A stretch of DNA of 64,000 nucleotides from the NCBI GenBank assembly GCA_963822445.1, contig CAWGHO010000003.1:1600001-1664000 (forward strand), read 5' to 3'. Made by a program: the position numbers and the translations under genes. The notes beneath the pieces were generated by a model that worked only from the letters and a program-made list of their open reading frames with translations, was not told the DNA's origin and did no database searches. Below are positions 40,365 to 51,889 of this stretch, in pieces; within the stretch, counting starts at the first letter, position 1; the number at the start of each line of letters is the position of its first letter. This stretch comes from an uncultured Acidobacteriota bacterium (GTDB lineage: Bacteria > Acidobacteriota > Thermoanaerobaculia > Gp7-AA8).

Positions 40365-40865
40365 GTGGACATCCTCTTCACTCCCTGGAGATACTCCTAC
40401 TTGACCGCCCCCAAGAACGACGCACCCGGCTGCATCTTCTGCAATGCCGCGGCGGTGTCCGATCAACGAGAAACGCTGACGCTGCTCCGCACCGGCGACG
40501 CCCTGGTGATGCTCAATCGCTATCCGTACACGAACGGCCATCTGATGGTCGCGCCGATCGCGCATGAGGCGCGGCTGTTCGACAGCGCGGATCGTTCGCT
40601 GACGGCCTTGATCCGGCTGACGGCCGAAGCGCAGCGGATTCTTTCGGATGTCTACCGGCCGGATGGATTCAATGTCGGGATGAATTTCGGCCAAGTCGCG
40701 GGCGCGGGCGTCGCCGATCACTACCACCTGCACATCGTGCCGCGCTGGAGCGGCGACTCGAACTTCATGACCGTCACCGCGCGCACGCGCCTGGTGCCGG
40801 AGGAGCTCGAGGTCACGTTCGACAAGCTCGCGCCGCGCTTCCAGGACGTGCGCGTGCCGCAATGA
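40365..40865 (+). CDS. HIT family hydrolase (Ap4A phosphorylase-like)
   Basis: CIFC, LNRYPYTNGHLMV, HYHLHIVPRW. Confidence 0.9.
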   Translation: MDILFTPWRYSYLTAPKNDAPGCIFCNAAAVSDQRETLTLLRTGDALVMLNRYPYTNGHLMVAPIAHEARLFDSADRSLTALIRLTAEAQRILSDVYRPDGFNVGMNFGQVAGAGVADHYHLHIVPRWSGDSNFMTVTARTRLVPEELEVTFDKLAPRFQDVRVPQ

Positions 40866-41233
40866 ACAAACGCTCCGTGGTGGCCATGATCCTGGCCTAC
40901 GTCGTCCCCGGCGCCGGCCACATCTACCTCGGCCGCCGGAGCCGCGGCCTGATCTTCTTCGGCATCGTGACGATGCTGTTCGTCACGGGCCTCTGGCTCG
41001 ACGGCGTGCTCTACACGATCGCGAACGCGCAACGGCAGCTCCTGGGCATCCTCGCCGCGATCGGCTCGATGGGGTCGGGCGTCGTCTATCTCTTCGGACG
41101 GATGTTCGGTCCGGCCGGCGACTTCCGCTCCTTCACCTTCGAATACGGCCGGATGTTCACACTTACCGCCGGCCTGATGAATCTCCTGCTCGTCCTCGAC
41201 TGCCACGACATCGCGCAGGGGCGGAAGCAGTGA
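40862..41233 (+). CDS. membrane protein (DUF6677-like)
   Basis: VPGAGHIYLG..RG, AGLMNLL; coupled on both sides. Confidence 0.7.
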   Translation: MNKRSVVAMILAYVVPGAGHIYLGRRSRGLIFFGIVTMLFVTGLWLDGVLYTIANAQRQLLGILAAIGSMGSGVVYLFGRMFGPAGDFRSFTFEYGRMFTLTAGLMNLLLVLDCHDIAQGRKQ

Positions 41234-41406
41234 AAAACCACATCGCCCTGATGTTCATCTACGCCGCCCTGACCGCGCTGTTCTTCACTTTGCTCTGGAA
41301 AGAGCCGCGCGACCGCAAACGCTTCTTCCTCATCGTCTTCTGCTCGCTGTTTTTCGGCGGGATCATCGCGGGGTGGGTGATGTACCCGTTTCCGCTGAAC
41401 CGATGA
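41230..41406 (+). CDS. 58-aa two-TM membrane protein, not in ORF track
   Basis: GTGA overlap upstream, ATGA overlap with lpxB; MKNHIALMFIYAALTALFF...WVMYPFPLNR. Confidence 0.75.
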   Translation: MKNHIALMFIYAALTALFFTLLWKEPRDRKRFFLIVFCSLFFGGIIAGWVMYPFPLNR

Positions 41407-42499
41407 AGCTCGCCGTCGTCGCCGGCGAGGCTTCCGGCGATCTTCACGCCTCGGAAGTCATCCGCGAGCTGAAGAAACTCGATCCCTCCTTGCAGCTCTA
41501 TGGGATCGGCGGGGATCTCCTCGCCAGCGAAGGCACGGAGCTCATTCATCACGCGAGTGAGATGGGGCTGGTCGGGCTGTTCAACGTCATCCGTCATCTG
41601 CCGATGCTCCGGCGCGTGTTCAACGACCTGATCAAGCGCATCGAGCGCGAGCGTCCCGACGTCGTCTTTCTCATCGACTATCCCGGCTTCAACCTGCGCG
41701 TCGCCAAGCGGTGCAAGGAGCTCGGGCTGCGCGTCGTCTACTACATCTCGCCGCAGATCTGGGCGTGGCGGCAGGGGAGAGTGCGGCACATCGCCCGCTA
41801 CGTCGATCGAATGATCGTCGTGTTTCCGTTCGAGGAAGACTTCTACAAAGCGCATGGCGTGCCGGTGAAGTACGTCGGCCATCCGCTGGTCGAGCAGCTC
41901 GGGCACGTGCAGAAACCGCCGCGCGGCGAGACGCTGCGTCTGGCGTTGTTGCCCGGATCACGCCGGCAGGAAGTGGACGAACTGCTGCCGGCAATGCTCG
42001 ACGCGGTCGCGGTCCTGCGCCGCGAGCGCAAGGTCGATGCGTACGTCATTCAGGCGCCGACCATCGATCGAGCGCACCTGGACATCCTCATCGCGGCGAA
42101 AGCCATCGACGTCCGCATCGTCGAGCGCGATCGCGGAGAAGGCGTTGCCGCCGCGGACGTCTCGTTATCCGCATCCGGCACGGCCACGCTCGAATCTGCG
42201 GTTCTCGGTACGCCCGTCGTGGTGATGTATCGCTTGAGCCGGCTCACATACTGGGCGGGCCGCAAGCTCGTGCGCGTTCCGCATTTCAGCCTGGTGAACA
42301 TCGTGGCCGGGAAGCAGGTCGTGCCCGAGTTGATTCAGAACCAGGTCAACGGTGAGCGCATCGCCGAGGAAGTGCGGAAGATGATTGCGCCTGGCGCTTA
42401 TGAGCGTCTCACCGAGGAGCTTTCCCGCGTCCGCGACCTCCTCGGCGGCCCCGGCGCCAGCGGTCGCGCCGCGTCTGAAATTCATGAGATGGTAAAGCG

Positions 42500-42503
<4 letters not shown>
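41403..42503 (+). CDS. lpxB: lipid-A-disaccharide synthase
   Basis: AGEASGD, IDYPGFN, SPQIWAWR, LLPGSR, SGTATLE. Confidence 0.96.
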
Positions 42504-44360
<1,857 letters not shown>

Positions 44361-44363
44361 CGC

Positions 44364-46607
44364 TTACCGGTTCGCGTGCTGCCGCGGCGGTTCGGTTCGA
44401 AGACGCAGCTCGCTGAAGGGCGCCAGGTATCCGCGCGTACACCGTGCCGGTTCGTAGGTTGGAACCGCCAGCCCGCGCGTGATCGCTCGCCATTCGTCCG
44501 TGCCCTTCCAACAAACAGAGTACTCGCCCGGCTCGGCAAGCGGCAGCGTGACGGTTTGAACGTCCGCGGTACTGTTGAACCCTTCTCCGGCCCGGAACGG
44601 AATGCTCAGGAGACTCGCGTAGGCCGCGCCATGAGCGAACACAGGCACGGCGCCCCACTTGTCGCTGTCACCTGTTGGAAGTTCCACGATGAGGCGTCCT
44701 CCGATCTGATCGACGTTGACGAGCAGTGGTTCGGCGCTCACGTCGGTCCTGAAGAATCGAAACGCATAGCCCGGCGCGGCGACGGAGAGCGTCACGCCAG
44801 GCGAACCCGCGTTCAAGGGCGCCTCGAATCTGCCCTCGGCGTCGGATGCCCGCGGAGCTGAAAAGCTCGTGGAGCGGTCATCGGGCATGGCCGTGATCCG
44901 CGCACCGGCCACAGGCCCGCTGCTGGAGCGGATGACGCCGTGAACCCGTTTCCTCGGTCGCAGACGAAGCTCGACGACGGGCGGCTTCTGTTCCGCTTCG
45001 ATCTTTACAGGGACCGAACTGCTTTCCGCATCCCTCGAGGCGGCGCGCAGATGAAACGTTCCTTCTTCGAGACCGTGAATCGAAAACCGGCCTGCTTCAT
45101 CCGCTTCGATTTGGAGGAGGCGATGAGGGTCTTCGCGCGTGAGATTGATCGTCGCTTCGCGGGCAGGGTTGCCATCGTTGTCCACGACGCGCCCCTGCAC
45201 ACCGCGATCGCTGACCTCCAGCAGCACGTGGGCGATCTCTCCGCCGCTCACGGGCTTCACGAGCACATCGTTGAATGTCGCCCGGACGATTGGGTCTTCG
45301 GCGTCGACTTCGACCTCGGGCCACAGGTCGTCCGGCTGCCTTGGCAGGTATGCGCGAAACGCTCCGGTTTTGGGCACGCGGATCGGAATTTCACCGTTTG
45401 CACCCCGGAACCGAACGACAGCTCCCGCCAGCGGTGTTCCGCCGATCTGCACCTTCCCAGCGACTTTCACCACGTCGATGGGGAGGACGATCCGCGTCTC
45501 GTCGTGCAACTGGATCTCCTTCTGCAACCAGACTCCGCCCCTCGCTCGTTCGACACTCACCAGATATTCACCGGCCGTAAGACCCGTGACTTGCCAAGCT
45601 CCTGCGGCATCGGCGGCATGGTGTGCGAAGTCTTCGGCCTCGTTCGGCGTGCCGTTCCGGCGCTTCAGATCGAGGACCCACGGCTCGTTCGCCGGATCGA
45701 CCGGCGGCGTTACGACCACATGAAAATCGAACGGCACTTGGAGCAGAAGGGGCTCCTTCAGTTGCGCCTCGAGGTTTGGGTGAATCGTGACTTTGGTCGC
45801 TGCGGAACGCTCGCGGCCGGAGACAGCAGTGAGGACATAGGCTCCTGGACGGAGGCCGCGGAACTGAAAAAAGCCGTTCTTCGTCGGCTGCACACGCTGC
45901 GTGGCAAGCGCGGCGCGGTTCTGCTCTTCGCCACTGAGTCCGATGGCCCGTTCCGCCGCGAGCTCGACGACGGTTCGCGCCAGTGAGTAACCCTTGTTCC
46001 TGCTGGTCGCGTATCCGCTCAGGGAGGCCCCTGCGACGAACGCGATCTCTCCTTCCGAACGGGTCTTGCCGGCGCCGACTGCAACGGACCACAGATAGTG
46101 CGGTACGAGTCCCTCCGCCGAGATGCGAACGTCGACAGGCAGCGCGATGACCGTACAGGCGACCGTCCGCTCACGTGTGACGCACTCGGTGGTTCCGCTG
46201 ATCTTCCTGTCTGCCGACTGGAACGTTGCACGAAAGGCGCGATCGGAGTTGTCCGCGGCGACCTTCCGACGAAATTCAAAGGTGGCTGTGGGGATGACGT
46301 CGAAAACCACGTTTTCGGCTCGATTGCCGGAAATCACCTGTGACGCGGCCCAACCACCCTTCGATTGTACCGACAGGGTCCATGCGGGTGCGTCGTCGGG
46401 CAACTTGATGGTGACCTCTGATGGGGCCTTCATCTCCACGCGGACCGGTGCGACGCCAGGGCCTGCCGGTTCCGCGAGGAGAACCCCACTCACCGGGGTT
46501 GTCGATCGCAGTTTCACGTTCACGACCGCTGCACCGGCACTTCCAGCTAAGAGCACAGCCACCAGCAGGAGCGAACCGCACAGAACTACTAGCCGACGTA
46601 CTTGCAT
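44364..46607 (-). CDS. secreted multi-Ig/carboxypeptidase-regulatory-like domain protein
   Basis: signal peptide; repeated G.V....G.P..GA.V / G.F.F.GL.PG.Y beta-sandwich motifs; start 46607 or 46625. Confidence 0.7.
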   Translation of the reverse strand: MQVRRLVVLCGSLLLVAVLLAGSAGAAVVNVKLRSTTPVSGVLLAEPAGPGVAPVRVEMKAPSEVTIKLPDDAPAWTLSVQSKGGWAASQVISGNRAENVVFDVIPTATFEFRRKVAADNSDRAFRATFQSADRKISGTTECVTRERTVACTVIALPVDVRISAEGLVPHYLWSVAVGAGKTRSEGEIAFVAGASLSGYATSRNKGYSLARTVVELAAERAIGLSGEEQNRAALATQRVQPTKNGFFQFRGLRPGAYVLTAVSGRERSAATKVTIHPNLEAQLKEPLLLQVPFDFHVVVTPPVDPANEPWVLDLKRRNGTPNEAEDFAHHAADAAGAWQVTGLTAGEYLVSVERARGGVWLQKEIQLHDETRIVLPIDVVKVAGKVQIGGTPLAGAVVRFRGANGEIPIRVPKTGAFRAYLPRQPDDLWPEVEVDAEDPIVRATFNDVLVKPVSGGEIAHVLLEVSDRGVQGRVVDNDGNPAREATINLTREDPHRLLQIEADEAGRFSIHGLEEGTFHLRAASRDAESSSVPVKIEAEQKPPVVELRLRPRKRVHGVIRSSSGPVAGARITAMPDDRSTSFSAPRASDAEGRFEAPLNAGSPGVTLSVAAPGYAFRFFRTDVSAEPLLVNVDQIGGRLIVELPTGDSDKWGAVPVFAHGAAYASLLSIPFRAGEGFNSTADVQTVTLPLAEPGEYSVCWKGTDEWRAITRGLAVPTYEPARCTRGYLAPFSELRLRTEPPRQHANR

Positions 46608-46951
46608 GCGCCGCTCGCAATGCATGAGCCCGTTTCCGTACTACATTTGCAATAGCCGTCCGCATATTCTTCCGTTGCGCACACCGACTTTCGGTCGATT
46701 GACCCGTCCGGGATGACGCACTTCTTACAGCCTCTCGTGCTGGTACAACTATTCATTCCCGGAGCGGAGCCGCCGCCACTCATCCCGTCCTCGCCCATGG
46801 AGTCGCACATGACCCAATTACCAGTCATGTCCTGACACATCGCACCATCTTCTTCGAACTCCTCGAACACGAGTTGGGCCTTCGCCGGCGAAGCGAGAAG
46901 CGCCGTCAGTAGCACCATGCAAGTCAGGACGATCCAGTTTGCGTTTCGCAT
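46589..46951 (-). CDS. secreted Cys-rich microprotein (10 Cys in mature region)
   Basis: AAGGA RBS; Sec signal ending AKA; Gly/Ser linker; C-terminal 8-Cys domain. Confidence 0.75.
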   Translation of the reverse strand: MRNANWIVLTCMVLLTALLASPAKAQLVFEEFEEDGAMCQDMTGNWVMCDSMGEDGMSGGGSAPGMNSCTSTRGCKKCVIPDGSIDRKSVCATEEYADGYCKCSTETGSCIASGACKYVG

Positions 46952-47109
46952 TTCATGTCCTTTTCTGCTTGAGACGGTTGAGCATTCTTGAATGCCTTCC
47001 AGATATATCCGACGTCTGTATGGACGTCAAGATGCACCGAAAGGTGTCTTCGAACTCGACGCGCGGCGCGTAAGGCGTCACCGCCCCCGGATCACGTAAG
47101 ATCCGCGCT

Positions 47110-47721
47110 TTGAAGCTCCTCTCCTTCCTTGGATACCTCTTCATCCGCGCCCTTCACACCACGTTGCGCGTGCGGCATGTTCGCGCGCACAACCTCGTCG
47201 ACACACCGCGGTACATCGTCGCGTTCTGGCACGAGTGCGTTCTGCTGTCGCTGCACTCGCGGTGGCGGAAGCCGACCACGGCGATGATCTCGCGATCGAA
47301 GGACGGCGAGATCGTGGCCCGTGTCCTCGAGCTTTACGGCGCGACAACGGCTCGCGGTTCGTCGACGCGTGGCGGGGACATTGCGTTGCGGGAGGTTCTG
47401 CGCGACGTGCGCGACGGAAAGAACATCGCCTTCACTCCCGACGGCCCGAAAGGTCCTCCTCGCGTCGTGAAGGAAGGCATCGTCTACGTGGCGAAGATGA
47501 CCGGGCTGCCGGTCGTTCCATTTCACTACGCGGCGAAGTCGAAAAAACGGTTGCGCTCCTGGGACCGGATGGTCGTCCCCTGGCCCTTCACGAAAGTCGC
47601 GTTTCTTTACGGCGATCCGATCCTCGTTCCGCGGGACGGCGACGTGGAGGAATGGCGCTTGAAAATCGAAAAGCAGATGAATGACCTCGCCGATGAGGCC
47701 GAGGTCGAGGTGAACCGATGA
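47110..47721 (+). CDS. DUF374 / lysophospholipid acyltransferase family protein
   Basis: AFWH, ISRSKDGE, RGSSTRGG, TPDGPKGP, SWDR..VPWPF. Confidence 0.88.
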   Translation: MKLLSFLGYLFIRALHTTLRVRHVRAHNLVDTPRYIVAFWHECVLLSLHSRWRKPTTAMISRSKDGEIVARVLELYGATTARGSSTRGGDIALREVLRDVRDGKNIAFTPDGPKGPPRVVKEGIVYVAKMTGLPVVPFHYAAKSKKRLRSWDRMVVPWPFTKVAFLYGDPILVPRDGDVEEWRLKIEKQMNDLADEAEVEVNR

Positions 47722-48605
47722 TTCAGAGCATGACCGGCTTCGGCCGCGCGTCCGGCGCGATCTCCGCGCGTTATTTCGTCACGATTACTGCCAAAAGCGT
47801 CAACCATCGCTTCCTCGAGCTGGGCGTGCGCCTGCCTGAGTACTTGTGGGATATGGAAGCGCCGCTCCGAGCGATCGCCTCGGAAGTCTTCTCCCGCGGC
47901 AAGATCGATCTTTCCGTCCGCGTCCAGCGCACGCAGCAGCCCGAGTACAGCGTCCGCATCAACACCCAGATCGCGAATCAGGTCATCCCGCAGTTGAAAT
48001 CGATCGCGGAAGAGCTCGGCCTGAGCTCCTTCACCGGCAGCGATCTCATGCGCGTTCCCGATCTCCTCCAGGTAGAACCTGTTGACGCGGAGGTCACCGA
48101 TGAGGAGCGTGAGGGGTTGATGAAGATCGTCCGCGAGACCTTCGAGCTGATGGCCGTCATGCGCAGGCGGGAAGGGGAGTCGCTCAAGACCGACATTACC
48201 TCGCGCGTGAAGACGATCCGCGAGCTGCGCGATCGCGTCGCATCGCATCGCGACGACATCCGCGCCGAAGTTCTGGCCAGCTATCAGCAACGCGTGCAGG
48301 AGATCGCCGCAGCGGCGGGCGTCGAAGTGGGGCAGGATCGCATCGCCCAGGAGATCGTGATCATGGTGGAGAAAGGGGACATCGCCGAGGAGCTGACCCG
48401 GCTCGACCATCATGTCGATCAGATCGAGAAGGCGATCGCCGGCAAGGAAGCGGCCGGCAAGAAGCTGGACTTCCTCTCCCAGGAGATGCTCCGCGAGATC
48501 AACACCATGGGCTCGAAGTCGCGCTCGGCGGCGATCCGGACCGTTGTCGTAGAATTGAAGACCGAGGTCGAGCGGATCCGCGAACAGGTACAGAATGTCG
48601 AGTAA
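47718..48605 (+). CDS. yicC: YicC/YloC family endoribonuclease
   Basis: SMTGFG, KSVNHRF, DIAEELTRL..H, GKKLDF..QE..REINT.GSK. Confidence 0.93.
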   Translation: MIQSMTGFGRASGAISARYFVTITAKSVNHRFLELGVRLPEYLWDMEAPLRAIASEVFSRGKIDLSVRVQRTQQPEYSVRINTQIANQVIPQLKSIAEELGLSSFTGSDLMRVPDLLQVEPVDAEVTDEEREGLMKIVRETFELMAVMRRREGESLKTDITSRVKTIRELRDRVASHRDDIRAEVLASYQQRVQEIAAAAGVEVGQDRIAQEIVIMVEKGDIAEELTRLDHHVDQIEKAIAGKEAAGKKLDFLSQEMLREINTMGSKSRSAAIRTVVVELKTEVERIREQVQNVE

Positions 48606-49281
48606 CTTTCACTCGGACGGGACTTTATTCATCGTGTCCGGCCCGTCCGGGGCGGGGAAGACGACCCTCATCAACGGCGTCCGCGCCGAGCTTTCCCCGC
48701 TGGGCATCCCGCTCTATTTCTCGGTCTCCCACACCACCCGTCGCCCGCGGACGGGGGAGATCCCCGGCCGGAGCTATCACTTCGTCGACGAGGCGGAGTT
48801 CATGCGCATGGTCGGTGCCGGGGAATTCCTCGAATGGGCTCACGTTCATGCTCACCGGTACGGCACCTCGCGCGCGGAAGTCGTTCAGCGCCTGAGGGAT
48901 GGCCAGGATGTGATCCTTGACATCGATTATCAGGGCGCCAAGCAGATCGCCGACGACCCTGAGCTCAGTCCCCGATCGTTGAGCATCTTCATCTTTCCGC
49001 CCGCGCTGGAAACGCTGGAGCAGCGGCTGCGCGACCGCGGCCTGAACAGCGAGGACGAGATCGACATCCGCATCCGCAAGGCGGTGGACGAGATCGACGC
49101 GCACAAGGATTTTTATCAGTACGTGATCATCAACGACGACCTGCGGGCCGCTACCGAGTGCCTCAAGGCCGCCATCATCGCCAAGAAACTACAGACCAAG
49201 ACTGCGCTCGAAGCCATCACCGTGATGGCCGAGCGATTCAAAGAGGAGGATCGCAATGGAAGGACTGCCCGAAGGAGTTGA
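48595..49281 (+). CDS. gmk: guanylate kinase
   Basis: SGPSGAGKT, SHTTR.PR.GE, YGTS, IDYQGA. Confidence 0.95.
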   Translation: MSSNFHSDGTLFIVSGPSGAGKTTLINGVRAELSPLGIPLYFSVSHTTRRPRTGEIPGRSYHFVDEAEFMRMVGAGEFLEWAHVHAHRYGTSRAEVVQRLRDGQDVILDIDYQGAKQIADDPELSPRSLSIFIFPPALETLEQRLRDRGLNSEDEIDIRIRKAVDEIDAHKDFYQYVIINDDLRAATECLKAAIIAKKLQTKTALEAITVMAERFKEEDRNGRTARRS

Positions 49282-49471
49282 CTCCAAGTTCCGCTACGTG
49301 CTGCTGGTCTCGAAGCGCGCGGAACAGTTGATTCAGGGAGCCCAGCCCCGAACCAAGAGCAAGCACGCCAAACCGACGCGTGTGGCCATGGAAGAGGTTG
49401 AGAAGAATCAGGTGAAGTGGCAGCTCACGGCCCCGGTCGAGGAATCGACGGCGCTGGAGAACGAAGAATAG
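49256..49471 (+). CDS. rpoZ: RNA polymerase omega subunit
   Basis: DSKFRYVLLVSKRAEQL, KP..VAMEE; gmk-rpoZ-coaBC synteny. Confidence 0.92.
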   Translation: MEGLPEGVDSKFRYVLLVSKRAEQLIQGAQPRTKSKHAKPTRVAMEEVEKNQVKWQLTAPVEESTALENEE

Positions 49472-49546
49472 TTGTCGGGTTGTCAGGTGATCAGGTTGTC
49501 AGGTCTCATCCACCGGACACCCGACAACCCGACAACCGGACAACCT
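49471..49546. repeat. inverted octamer tandem array (GTTGTCRG x4 / CCGACAAC x4)
   Basis: Fills the rpoZ-coaBC gap; arms at 49471-49504 and 49512-49546. Confidence 0.85.
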
Positions 49547-49549
49547 GCT

Positions 49550-50734
49550 ATGAAGATCGTTCTCGGCATCTCCGGCGGCATTGCCGCCTACAAGGCTCCG
49601 GAGCTGGTTCGCCGGCTTCGTGATGCTGGTGCCGAGGTGCGGGTGATCCTGACTCCGAATGCGGCGAGATTCGTCTCGCCGCTTTCGCTTGCGGCCGTTT
49701 CCGACCACGGCGTGATCATCGATCAGTGGGGCGATTCCGAGCGCGGCGGGGTCGATCACATCGATCTGGCTCGCTGGGCGGAACTGTTGCTGATTGCGCC
49801 GGCTACGGCGAACATCCTGGCCAAGCTCGCCGTCGGGATCGCCGATGACGCGTTGACGACGTACGCGCTCGCGCATCGCGCGGAGGTCCTCGTCGCGCCG
49901 GCCATGAACACGTTCATGCTCGGCCATCCCACCGTTCGCGAGAACATCGAGACCTTGCGCGCGCGTGGCGTAGGGATCATCGAACCGGTGAACGGACTGC
50001 TCGCGTGCGGCGACGAAGGCGCGGGGAAGATGCCCGACGTTCCTGTGCTCGTCGATCACGTGCGCGCGTATTTCGCGTCACGCGACCTCGAAGGGAAGAC
50101 CGTGCTGGTCACGGCCGGACCGACGATCGAGGCCATCGATCCCGTTCGTTACATCTCCAATCGATCCTCCGGAAAGATGGGTTACGCCATCGCCCAGGCC
50201 GCCCGACGGCGCGGCGCGCACGTGACGCTCGTTTCCGGCCCGACGTCCCTTCCCATGCCGGCCGGCGTCGAGATGACCCGCGTTCGGACCGCCACGGAGA
50301 TGCACGCCGCGGTCATGGCTGCCGCGCCGCTGAATCAGATCGTGATCAAAGCCGCGGCCGTGGCCGACTTTGCACCGACGGAAGTCGCTGATCGGAAGAT
50401 CAAGAAAGGCGCCGCGGAGGAGTTGACCATCATCCTTCGCAAGAACCCGGACATCCTCGCCGACGTCGCCCGCATCAACCCGCGGCCGTTCATCGTCGCC
50501 TTCGCCGCGGAGACGGACATGGTCGAGCAGAACGCGCGCGAGAAGCTCCAGCGCAAAGGCGCGGATCTCATCGTCGCCAACGACGTCGCCGACATGTCCA
50601 TCGGCTTCGACTCCGATCAGAACGAAGTGCTGGTGATCGGGCGGGAGGGGGCGGTGGTGAGAATCGAGAAGGCGGCCAAGGCCGTCATCGCCAACCGCCT
50701 TCTCGATGTGATCGTAGCGAAGCTCGGCGCGTAG
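49550..50734 (+). CDS. coaBC: bifunctional phosphopantothenoylcysteine decarboxylase/ligase
   Basis: GGIAAYK, HIDLA, PAMN, LACGDEG.G, DPVRYISNRSSGKMG. Confidence 0.96.
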   Translation: MKIVLGISGGIAAYKAPELVRRLRDAGAEVRVILTPNAARFVSPLSLAAVSDHGVIIDQWGDSERGGVDHIDLARWAELLLIAPATANILAKLAVGIADDALTTYALAHRAEVLVAPAMNTFMLGHPTVRENIETLRARGVGIIEPVNGLLACGDEGAGKMPDVPVLVDHVRAYFASRDLEGKTVLVTAGPTIEAIDPVRYISNRSSGKMGYAIAQAARRRGAHVTLVSGPTSLPMPAGVEMTRVRTATEMHAAVMAAAPLNQIVIKAAAVADFAPTEVADRKIKKGAAEELTIILRKNPDILADVARINPRPFIVAFAAETDMVEQNAREKLQRKGADLIVANDVADMSIGFDSDQNEVLVIGREGAVVRIEKAAKAVIANRLLDVIVAKLGA

Positions 50735-51085
50735 CTACTCGTACCCTTCGCACTCCAGAAGATCCTTGTCCGTGATCTTCCAGTACGACGCGTCGCCGCA
50801 GAGGTCGACCTCTTCGATGATGCACTCGTCGCCGTCTTCATCGACGACCTTCACATCGTAGAGATCGCAGGAGATGTTGGTGATGGTGAGCGTGTCGCCC
50901 TTGACCAGGATCTCGTCCTCGAGCAGATCCTCACCCCAGCTCTCATCCTCGGTCGACGAGAGGAAGACGTGGTGAATCTCCCATTTGCTCTGGTTGATGA
51001 TCTTGACCGTGGCCTTCTTCGGCGCGGCAAAGGAGGGGAGGGCGATGGCGAAAAGAATGAGGAGAGCGAGTGCGGTTTTCTTCAT
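50735..51085 (-). CDS. small secreted acidic beta-rich protein, unknown function
   Basis: signal peptide; N.S...I..VFLS....SWG.DLL; [12 protein letters not shown]. Confidence 0.7.
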   Translation of the reverse strand: MKKTALALLILFAIALPSFAAPKKATVKIINQSKWEIHHVFLSSTEDESWGEDLLEDEILVKGDTLTITNISCDLYDVKVVDEDGDECIIEEVDLCGDASYWKITDKDLLECEGYE

Positions 51086-51120
51086 GAGGTAGACCCGGGA
51101 GTATAGAAGATAATCGGACC

Positions 51121-51795
51121 ATGACGGACGACGTCCTCCACGAGCTCGCGGTGCTGCGCGATTTCGGCTTCACCCACCTCGATCTACAAAGCGTCGCAGT
51201 TCCCCCAGCAACCCAGCAACCCAGCAACCCAGCAACCGGCGTCAGCGACTGGGACGCCCTCGCCGCCGAAGCCCACGACTGCCGCAAATGCAGCCTCGCC
51301 AACGGACGCACCACCGTCGTCTTCGGCGTCGGCAATCCGAACGCGGACCTGATGTTCATCGGCGAAGCACCCGGCCGCGATGAGGACCTGAAGGGCGAGC
51401 CTTTCGTCGGCAAAGCGGGTCAGCTGCTCACCGACATCATCAAAGCGATGAAGCTGACCCGCGACGACGTCTACATCGCCAACGTCATCAAGTGCCGCCC
51501 GCCGGACAATCGCAATCCCGAGCCCGACGAGCTCGATGCCTGCCGCCCCTTCATCCGCCGCCAGGTCGAGCTGATCAATCCCAAAGTCATCGTCACCCTC
51601 GGCAAGTTCGGCCTGCAGAGCCTCACCGAGAAGAGCTACGGCATCACCGCCATCCGCGGACAGTGGCTCGACTACAACGGCATCAAGCTCATGCCCACGT
51701 ACCACCCCGCGTATCTGCTCCGCACGCCCGCGGCGAAGAAGGATGTGTGGGCGGACATGAAGAAGGTGATGGCGGAGCTGGGGATCTCGTTTTAG
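51121..51795 (+). CDS. uracil-DNA glycosylase family 4
   Basis: C..C.L Fe-S motif, GEAPG, PFVG, KCRPP.NR.P, YHPA. Confidence 0.93.
   Translation: MTDDVLHELAVLRDFGFTHLDLQSVAVPPATQQPSNPATGVSDWDALAAEAHDCRKCSLANGRTTVVFGVGNPNADLMFIGEAPGRDEDLKGEPFVGKAGQLLTDIIKAMKLTRDDVYIANVIKCRPPDNRNPEPDELDACRPFIRRQVELINPKVIVTLGKFGLQSLTEKSYGITAIRGQWLDYNGIKLMPTYHPAYLLRTPAAKKDVWADMKKVMAELGISF
51204..51237 (+). repeat. CCCAGCAA x4 octamer array inside the UDG linker
   Basis: four perfect copies; same unit family as 61750-61788. Confidence 0.85.
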
Positions 51796-51798
51796 ATG

Positions 51799-51889
51799 GA
51801 GTTACGGGGTTTCGAGGTTTCGGGGTTTCGAGGTGGTTCTCTCGTCGCATTGACCCCGCAACCTCGTAACCCCGCGACCTCGTAACCCC
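51799..51889. repeat. inverted octamer tandem array (GTTWCGRG x4 / ACCYCGYR x4)
   Basis: arms at 51799-51834 and 51853-51889; ends directly at priA ATG. Confidence 0.85.
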
